A DNA stretch of 15,955 bases from Octopus sinensis. Taxonomy: Eukaryota. Position 1 is the first letter of the stretch; every line of letters begins with the position of its first letter. Positions 1 to 6,551 of the stretch are shown one piece after another. The notes under the pieces were generated by a model that saw only the letters and a program-made list of their open reading frames with translations, was not told where the DNA came from and did no database searches. A program made the translations under genes and the position numbers. The stretch spans positions 1 through 15,955 of the forward strand of contig NW_021825570.1 in assembly GCF_006345805.1 (NCBI RefSeq), given 5' to 3'.

Positions 1-180
1 GTTGCACTCGTAATAGTTAGATTGTGGTTTCGATTCCTGGACCGGGCGTTGCGCTGTGTTCTTGAGCAAAACACTCCATTTCGCGTTGTTCCGGTCAACC
101 CAGCTGACAAAAATTAGTGACCCTGCGAGGGACCAGCGCTCCGTCCAAGGAGGTGAATATGCACGCACGCCATGGATTGT
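1..180 (+). mobile_element. tRNA-derived CORE-type SINE, family A (5' end cut by window edge)
   Basis: B-box-like GGTTTCGATTCC near 26-37, then TGTGTTCTTGAGCAAAACACT...CAGCTGACAAAAATTAG, which resembles the CORE-SINE domain. Colinear with the copy at 15536-15753. Confidence 0.75.
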
Positions 181-803
181 CGCTAAGCATTAAGCCAGAC
201 GTGCTGATGATTTTACCACCTCGCTGCCTTCGCTGCCTTAGATACAGGTAATATCAAAATTGTCAGCTTCTCCTAAGATCTCAAATTATTAGCGAGTACT
301 TTACGATTCGTAAAACACACACGAAAACTTCAAAGGGCCGCAGTGTGTTGTGTCAATCCTTTTTCACGGTGAAGTAATCCATGTTTATTCGAACAGAGAG
401 TAGCAATATCAGTGATATTATTTCAATTGTATGGAATTTATTAAAAACAAATACCGGTGAAATGTAAGAGTGCTTCGTTCGACAAATATAAGAGGAAAAG
501 AGAGGGTTGTTATTAGCAGCGGAAAATATTGGAAAATGAATATATATTTATATCAGCAACATAGATTATATTAAGAGATGGAATAAAAACAGAATTAAAT
601 TTACAATATAAACTATAATGGAATTCAGAATTCTTCGTTTCCTAAGATATTCTATTAGAGTAGATACGAGTGTGTGCCATGATTTAATTTCGTTTCTTTT
701 CAGATTTTTGTCTTCTGCATACTGATACAAATGTAAGTACACACAAATGTGTGTGTGTGTACATAAAATATATCAATAATACATCAGCCTTAATAAAATA
801 TAT

Positions 804-1085
804 GTGAAGGCGCATGGCTTAGTGGTTAGGGGTTTTGGCTCACGATCGTAAGGTCGTGAGTTCAATACCCAGCCACGCATTGTGCTCTTGACCAAGACAC
901 TTTATTTCACGTCGCTCCAGTCCATTCAGCTAGCGAAAATGAGTTGTACATGTATTTCAAAGGGCCAGCTTTTCACACTCTGTGTTACGCTAAATCTCCC
1001 AGAGAACTATGTTATGGGTACACGTGTCTGTGGAGTACTCAGCCACTTGCACGTTAATTTCACGAGCAGGCTGTTCCTTTGATCG
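804..1085 (+). mobile_element. tRNA-derived CORE-type SINE, family A head with a different 3' body
   Basis: A box TGGCTTAGTGG at 815-825 and B box GAGTTCAATACC at 858-869. CORE-like TGTGCTCTTGACCAAGACACTTTATTTCACG follows. The 3' body differs from the copies at 1-180 and 15536. Confidence 0.8.
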
Positions 1086-1113
1086 TGCTAACGTTTCTGC
1101 CAGCTCGCCGCCT
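1086..1113 (-). mobile_element. 28-bp head fragment of SINE family C
   Basis: TGCTAACGTTTCTGCCAGCTCGCCGCCT matches the head of the copy at 2480-2723, apart from a 10-bp insertion in that copy. Confidence 0.7.
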
Positions 1114-1274
1114 TTCAGTTTCTGGGTACCAAATTCACTCACAATGCTTTGGTCGGCCCGAGGTTATAGTAGGAAGCTATAGTAGAAGGCCCAAGGTGCC
1201 ACGCAGTGGGACTGAACCCGGAACCATGTGGTTGGGAAGCAAGCTTCTTACCACACGGCCACTCATGCGCCTAT
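1113..1274 (-). mobile_element. 5' half of tRNA-derived SINE family B
   Basis: High similarity to 9550-9704 and 15367-15520. The minus strand carries A box TGGCCGTGTGG, B box GGTTCAGTCCC and CORE-like ACCTTGGGC. Confidence 0.85.
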
Positions 1275-1473
1275 GCTAATTTCGATTATATTTATGATTA
1301 TATTCATAAATTTATTCTAACGATTATTCATCAAAACGAAGTTGTTGTCTAACCGACAAAGTTTCTAAAAACTGTGGAATCTCCAGGACTTCGTCACCAA
1401 CTTGAAGCTGAACTCTAGAATGTTCTTATGAAATATAATTCAGCCGGTGTACTCCAATGGCACCAAATCTCCT

Positions 1474-1656
1474 TAATTTTGGCACAAGGCCAGCAATTCT
1501 GAGGTGAGAGTAGTACAGTCGACAACATCGACCCCAGTGCTCAACTGGTACTTATTATATCAACTCCGAATGAATGAAAAGTAGAGTCTTCCACGGAGGA
1601 ATTTGAACTCAGAACGTGAAGCCGGACAAATGTTGCTAAGCATATTTTGTCCGGCG
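1474..1656 (-). mobile_element. Degraded SINE family C copy lacking the extreme head
   Basis: Shares ATCGACCCCAGTGC..AACTGGTACTTA and GGAATTTGAACTC (minus-strand B box GAGTTCAAATTCC) with 2480-2723. Confidence 0.75.
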
Positions 1657-1679
1657 AAAGGTAGACAACCGAAAGAAGA

Positions 1680-1920
1680 GCTTTCTAAGTCTTTTCTCCA
1701 ATATGCAGACGATTCTACTAGCTCTCCGCCTGAGAGCCAGTGGTTGAGACAAAGGTGAAGACACTTTCTTTAAGCATAGTGTAACTCGAGATACTACAAA
1801 GATGCCGGTTTAGCTTATGATCTCCAGTAAGACTACGTTTTGCAATGATCTTTCAACTAATTTCAGTGAAAAACACTTGAAGTCGTTGACCTTTAGTCAC
1901 AAGAAGATTGCTTCTCATAT
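1680..1920 (+). pseudogene. Possible ancient CR1/L2-group reverse transcriptase remnant
   Basis: The frame through 1702 reads FLQYADDST. The same frame reads DAGLAYDLQ* at 1801-1830, and another frame then reads NFSEKHLKSLTFSHKK. Spacing fits YADD...DL..I..W...N...F..K..L..S.K, but several stops intervene. Confidence 0.35.
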
Positions 1921-2179
1921 AGTCAGCTGTATGCAGGATGCTCCAGGCTAGGAACAACGAACAATTTTTTATGTATTTATATATTTATGTTAATTCTCCT
2001 CTGGTAAGAAACTTGCTATGTTAGATATAAAGACGAATTATAATTTCTAATCATTAAATGTTTGTAAAGTTCTCCCTTTGCAGCTTCGGCCAAATGTTGA
2101 GAAATATATTTACTACATTTCAATTTACTTATCTGACCTTCTATCAGTACACTATATATATATATATACATATATGTGT

Positions 2180-2460
2180 GTGGAGGCGCAATGGCCTAGT
2201 GGTTAGGGCAGCGGACTCGCGGTCGCGGGCGTAGTGAGTGTTTATTGAGCGAAAACACCTAAAAGCTCCACGAGGCTCCGGCAGGGGGTGGTGATCCCTG
2301 CTGTACTCTTTCGCCACACTTTCTCCCACTCTTTATTCTGTCGGCCTGCTCGCTTAGCCAGCGGGGTGGCGTCATTCGAAGGCTAAAATAATGCGAATGC
2401 ATTGTGACCAGCGATGTGTAACTACATCTGATGGTCTGGTCGGTCACGTGATCACGTGAT
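2180..2460 (+). mobile_element. tRNA-derived SINE family D with B box deleted
   Basis: Head GGAGGCGCAATGGCCTAGTGGTTAGG (A box) resembles family A. GACTCGCGGTCG joins directly to CGGGCG, so the GGTTTCGATTCC segment seen at 26-37 is missing. It ends in TCACGTGATCACGTGA and is flanked by (TA)n. Confidence 0.8.
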
Positions 2461-2479
2461 ATATATATATATATATATA

Positions 2480-2723
2480 TTTCTTTACTACCCACAAGGG
2501 GCTAAACACAGAGGAGACAAACAAGGACAGACAAAGGAATTAAGTCGATTACATCGACCCCAGTGCGTAACTGGTACTTAATTTATCGACCCCGGAAGGA
2601 TGAAAGGCAAAGTCGACCTCGGCGGAATTTGAACTCGGAACGTAACACGGCAACGCGAAATACGGCAACGCATTTCCGGCCCGGGTGCTAACGTTTCGTT
2701 TATATTCTGCCAGCTCGCCGCCT
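2480..2723 (-). mobile_element. Near full-length tRNA-derived SINE family C
   Basis: The minus strand begins AGGCGGCGAGCTGGCAGA, has B box GAGTTCAAATTCC and a central GACTTTGCCTTTCATCCTTCCGGGGTCGATAAA segment. (TA)n lies on both sides. Confidence 0.85.
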
Positions 2724-2816
<93 letters not shown>

Positions 2817-2857
2817 TATATATATTATATATATATAATATATATATAATATATATA

Positions 2858-2906
<49 letters not shown>

Positions 2907-2917
2907 AATATATATAT
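2724..2917. repeat. Interrupted (TA)n microsatellite, A/T only
   Basis: 194 bp with no G or C; TA units interrupted by TTA or TAA. Confidence 0.97.
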
Positions 2918-3114
2918 ATGAAAACACAAAGAGAAAAGCACAACAACGCGAGGACGTGGAACAAGTATAGAGTTATTGGACGCTCAGGAAAGAAAAGAAA
3001 GAAGGAGGATTTAACATTTCGAGCGGAGATCTTCATCAGAAACATAGAAAAAGGAATGGTTCAAGGAAGGGAAGACAAAGAAAGAAAATCGCCAACAATA
3101 CACACGCGGTGACA
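2916..3114 (-). mobile_element. ~200-bp non-coding hammerhead-bearing element, copy 1 (PLE pLTR-like)
   Basis: Colinear, inverted homolog of 3538-3740. Contains the hammerhead core at 3009-3043, and its 3' end runs into (TA)n. Confidence 0.75.
3009..3043 (-). ncRNA. Minimal type I hammerhead ribozyme motif, decayed
   Basis: Minus strand: GUUU CUGAUGA A GAUC UCC GCUC GAA AUGU U AAAU. Stem I GUUU/AAAU, intact core, stem II with one U-C mismatch. Stem III AUGU looks like CpG-decayed ACGU. Confidence 0.65.
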
Positions 3115-3197
3115 TATTGAATATATATATATATAGATGTCTGGGTGTATGTGGGTCTACGTGAAATACTATGTATATGTGTATGTATATATATACA

Positions 3198-3470
3198 TGT
3201 ATATAAAGCGAGGAGCAGCGTGGCAGTCGCCAGATCAGAAATGCTTCATTAACAGCTTCAGTACGCTCCCACCTGAGTCCGTCACAGAGCGTTATTCGTC
3301 GAACAAAGGATGCTACAGCAGCTGCTGCTGCGCGAACTGCAGAGGACGAAGAACGGCTGCAGAGACTGTAAATATCTGTAGGTTCGACAGCGCTCGTCGT
3401 TAGACTAGAAAATAAGTGTTCTTAGAATGACGAAGCGTACATACCCCGAGCAACGCCGGGTACCTATGTT
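3198..3470 (+). mobile_element. Helitron-like non-autonomous remnant
   Basis: Subterminal hairpin TACCCCGAGCAACGCCGGGTA at 3442-3462 with a degenerate end (CTATGT instead of CTAG). The 5' TGTATATAAAGC resembles TCTATATATAAA Helitron starts. Frame 3273-3371 reads LSPSQSVIRRTKDATAAAAARTAEDEERLQRL*, like the charged helical N-terminal repeats of Helitron Rep/Hel proteins. Confidence 0.5.
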
Positions 3471-3489
3471 AATGTGTGCGTGTGCGTGC

Positions 3490-3496
<7 letters not shown>

Positions 3497-3534
<38 letters not shown>

Positions 3535-3540
3535 GTGTGT
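3497..3540. repeat. (TG)n microsatellite
   Basis: Direct reading. Confidence 0.95.
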
Positions 3541-3740
3541 GACCGCGTGTGTACTGTTGGCGATTTTTTCCCTCTGTCTTCCCTTCCTTGGATCTTTACT
3601 TGTTCTAAGTTTCCGACGAAGATATCCGCTCGAAACGTTAAACCCTCCTTCTTTCCTGAGCGTCCAATAATACTATATTTGTTCCACGTCCTCGCGTAGT
3701 TGTGTTTTGTTTTTTGTGCTTTCATATTTGGATTAACTTT
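3538..3740 (+). mobile_element. ~200-bp non-coding hammerhead-bearing element, copy 2
   Basis: Starts TGTGACCGCGTGTG, the same 5' boundary as copy 1. Hammerhead at 3609-3643. Lies between (TG)n and (TA)n. Confidence 0.75.
3609..3643 (+). ncRNA. Minimal type I hammerhead ribozyme motif, variant core
   Basis: GUUU CCGACGA A GAUA UCC GCUC GAA ACGU U AAAC. Perfect 4-bp stem I and palindromic stem III ACGU, with predicted GUU cleavage after 3639. Core has U4C and stem II has only 2 firm pairs. Confidence 0.6.
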
Positions 3741-3760
3741 ATATATATTATATATATATA

Positions 3761-3828
<68 letters not shown>
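3740..3828. repeat. Interrupted (TA)n microsatellite
   Basis: Direct reading. Confidence 0.95.
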
Positions 3829-3867
3829 TTACATGTACACATACATATACATGCGAAGAGAGAAAAC

Positions 3868-3918
<51 letters not shown>

Positions 3919-3944
3919 CATAGACAGACAGACAGACAGCAGAC

Positions 3945-4020
<76 letters not shown>

Positions 4021-4021
4021 C

Positions 4022-4091
<70 letters not shown>

Positions 4092-4111
4092 GTAGATCTA
4101 GATAGATAGAT
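3868..4111. repeat. (GATA)n with internal (GACA)n block
   Basis: Direct reading. It explains the YLSI-repeat ORFs. Confidence 0.97.
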
Positions 4112-4580
4112 GTTTTGCATACATGTGTGTGTGAATGAGTGTTTGTGCTTGCATGCGTGAACGTATGTATGTAAGCATACACAAATTCATACGCATGCAC
4201 TTACTCGTTCTTAAAGACATACATACAAGCCCACGCAAAAACACAAACACACACATACACACATACACACACACATCTGCACAGGCGAATGCATACGCAG
4301 GGACACAATGGAACGATCTGCAGCTGTTAGTCAATAATAAATACATAAACTTGTAACATCAGCAACAACAACACAACAACAACAGCAACGAAGACATAAA
4401 AATGTGAATAATGTAAAGTTACTGAAAGCTAGAACAGGATTGAATAAATTATGCAAGATTTATAACTTACGATTCTGGGCGCCAAGTGGGACAGGAATCA
4501 CAGATGGAAAAATCGATGTTGGAAGCTATGGCAATAAACGATAACAATATTATTATTATTATCATTATTATTATTATTAT

Positions 4581-4725
4581 ATAAAGGATTGAGGTAACTC
4601 CTCCTGAAGATATAGAGTCAAAAGTTAAAAGAAGAGATGTCGAAATATCGTTCACTAGATATCACTGGCACTCTTCTTTTAATTTTGACTCTATATCTTC
4701 ATGTGGAGTTACCTCAATCCTTATA
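4581..4725. mobile_element. Foldback/MITE-like insert with ~56-bp inverted arms and a 34-bp spacer
   Basis: 4581-4636 is the reverse complement of 4671-4725 with 2 substitutions and 2 one-base indels. It is flanked by the identical 24-mer TATTATCATTATTATTATTATTAT at 4557-4580 and 4726-4749. Confidence 0.7.
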
Positions 4726-4727
4726 TA

Positions 4728-4730
4728 TTA

Positions 4731-4807
<77 letters not shown>
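4728..4807. repeat. (TTA)n / (TAA)n tract, tail or target of the adjacent R4/Dong copy
   Basis: Direct reading; abuts the 3' UTR at 4809. Confidence 0.95.
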
Positions 4808-4808
<1 letters not shown>

Positions 4809-4810
<2 letters not shown>

Positions 4811-5370
4811 TAGTTTTATTTTTATAGCGTGCTTTCACTTCACTACCGAGCGCAGCTCTGTGTGCCTTGGGTATGTGCTGTGATTTGTTGTGATGCTCCG
4901 ATGGTTATTGTATGGAAAGTGTTCTGAGTAGGATGTGTGCAGTGCCTAGTAGTGCAATTTTCTGTATGTTATATGTGTTTGTAAGTCCTGGTGTTTTTGT
5001 TATGTATTTGTCTGAATATTTTTTTATCATGCCTAATGCACCTACTATGATAGGAATTGTTTCTGTTTTCAGATTCCACATTCTAGTTACCTCTATTTCC
5101 AGGTCTTTGTATTTTGAAAGTTTCTCCATTTCTTTTAGAGACACGTTGTCATCTGCCGGTATTGATACATCAATTAGAAAGCATGAAAGCATTTTTTTCT
5201 TCATGATCTCTGACAACTATATCTGGTCTGTTAGCCTTAATTTCTCTATCTGTGTGTATCGGCATATCCCAGAGTATAGTTGCTTTCTCGTTTTCTGTGA
5301 CCTTTTCTTGCGTGTGCCTATACCATCTTTTTTCTGTTGTTATTCCATAATGTTGGCATAGCTTCCAGTA
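4809..5370 (-). mobile_element. 5'-truncated R4/Dong-clade non-LTR retrotransposon, copy 1 (REL endonuclease + 3' UTR)
   Basis: The minus strand reads YWKLCQHYGITTEKRWYRHTQEKVTENEKATILWDMPIHTDREIKANRPDIVV. After a net +7 frameshift (GAAAGCAT x2 at 5177-5192) it reads CFLIDVSIPADDNVSLKEMEKLSKYKDL...IPIIVGALG...QKIALLGTAHIL...*, giving the PD..D..K REL motifs. AATAAA precedes the (TAA)n, and (TAA)n lies on both ends. Confidence 0.92.
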
Positions 5371-5390
5371 TTATTATTATTATTATTATA

Positions 5391-5690
5391 TGTTTGACTT
5401 TTGCTTTATATATGTACAAGTTGGCTCCAAGTCTCACCCAGATACCTCAAGAGACAACAGGTTAGAATTTCATGTTGGTGTTATGCCTAGGGTGCCATAT
5501 ATTTGGTTTTGTATCTAGTGTTGTACTAGTGAATGTCTAAAAAAAACATACGAAAATTATGTTTATTTTAAAACTTGAGATTACATAGAAAGTATTTTGC
5601 GTAGGATATGAGCAGTTCCCATGAGCACTATCTGATGAATTTCTCGTAGAATATGAGCAGTTCCCATCGTAGGATATGAGCATAGGATAT
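5391..5690 (-). mobile_element. Extremely 5'-truncated R4/Dong copy 2 (different subfamily)
   Basis: 5581-5643 on the minus strand reads EIHQIVLMGTAHILRKILSM*, homologous to NIQKIALLGTAHILLRTLSIQ* of copy 1. The ~190-bp 3' UTR is unrelated to that of copy 1 and ends at the (TAA)n at 5369-5390. Confidence 0.85.
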
Positions 5691-5714
5691 TATTATTATT
5701 ATTATTATTATTAA

Positions 5715-5752
<38 letters not shown>

Positions 5753-5769
5753 TATTATTATTATTATTA

Positions 5770-5815
<46 letters not shown>
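5688..5815. repeat. (TTA)n / (TAA)n microsatellite
   Basis: Direct reading; one TAA interruption near 5713. Confidence 0.97.
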
Positions 5816-6021
5816 GAGTGAGAGAGCAGCGCATGCCACCAAAGTGGCTCTGGGGTAAAATATACGAAGCCCAATATACCCATCATGACTACCCGTCTGA
5901 TAAGGGTACACCAGGCATATGCATCACAACCATATGTGCGTGACATGGTGATCTCATATCAAGATAAACAGCGAATGACTTTGTAGGTTGGGGCCTAGTT
6001 AGAATTTTCTTCTGGTCGAGT
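5816..6021 (-). mobile_element. Probable 3' end of a (TAA)n-tailed non-LTR retroelement
   Basis: Non-coding island of higher GC that reads ...GCTGCTCTCTCACTC directly into (AAT)n on the minus strand. It resembles a repeat I recall from octopus sequence; the family and the left boundary cannot be verified here. Confidence 0.45.
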
Positions 6022-6284
6022 ATCATTTAACCTCTCTACGTCAGATCTTTTCCAGGTCTCTCTCAGACTGTCAGACGTGAGGCACACTTGGAGTAATTAT
6101 GATGACAGCCTTGAAACAGACGAAGGGCAGAGAGGATATGTTATTGATAAGGTCGCGAAATGCGATGAAAGGACTTCGGCAAACATAGCTGATTCATGGA
6201 TTGACCGAACGATAAAGCAAACAATCAAGGAATTAATTAGTTAAATAATTAACTAATTGCCTAATAATATTAAAAGAAATGAAT

Positions 6285-6485
6285 GCGATGAGCTGGCAGA
6301 ATCGTTAGCATTCTGGACAAAATGCTTAGCGACATTTCGTCCGTCCTTATGTACTGAGTTCAAAGTCGACTTTACCTGTCATCTTTTGGGTGTCGATATA
6401 ATGAATACCAGTTGAACACTGGGGTCAATGTAAATGAATTACCTCTTCCCTCTAAATTGCTGACCCTGAGTCACAATTTGAAACT
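6285..6485 (+). mobile_element. Old, degraded SINE family C copy
   Basis: GAGCTGGCAGAATCGTTAGCA head. GAGTTCAAA is joined to GTCGACTTT (3' part of the B box deleted), followed by TACCAGTTGAACACTGGGGTCAATG. Confidence 0.75.
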
Positions 6486-6551
6486 AATATTAAAAGCAGT
6501 GAAACAGAACCAGTGCGTGTGTTTATTATGTGCATAATAACCCTCCCAATA

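Noticed and set aside
804-880. tRNA-like A/B-box heads here and at 2180, 15536 and 15843
   Set aside because: There is no closed acceptor stem or poly-T terminator, and each continues into a SINE body. They are SINE heads, not tRNA genes.
2578-4200. Long ORFs rich in IY, YLSI, VC or HT repeats (also 10260-10844, 12763-13154, 13157-13780)
   Set aside because: They are translations of (TA)n, (GATA)n, (TG)n and (CA)n, which lack stops in some frames. The first ~140 aa of ORF 12246-13154 is microsatellite, not RT.
4380-4544. Open plus-strand frame QQQ...RTGLNKLCKIYNLRFWAPSGTGITDGKIDVGSYGNKR*
   Set aside because: No start or splice context and no recognisable family; length is compatible with chance.
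4604-4656. CTGAAGA...CGAAATATCGTTCAC resembling a hammerhead inside the foldback
   Set aside because: Stem I cannot pair (ACTCCTC versus GTTCAC), and stem II forms only by consuming core nucleotides.
4912-5361. 149-aa plus-strand ORF
   Set aside because: Antisense shadow of the R4/Dong endonuclease region.
5632-5660. CTGATGA core-like motif
   Set aside because: No downstream GAAA or stems; it is antisense Dong coding sequence.
6020-6170. Minus-strand frame FRDLINNISSLPFVCFKAVIIIT...DLEKI as a possible continuation of the old Dong REL domain beyond the SINE
   Set aside because: Spacing fits KYKDL...IPIIV but identity is minimal and the GALG motif is absent. It needs a profile alignment to support.
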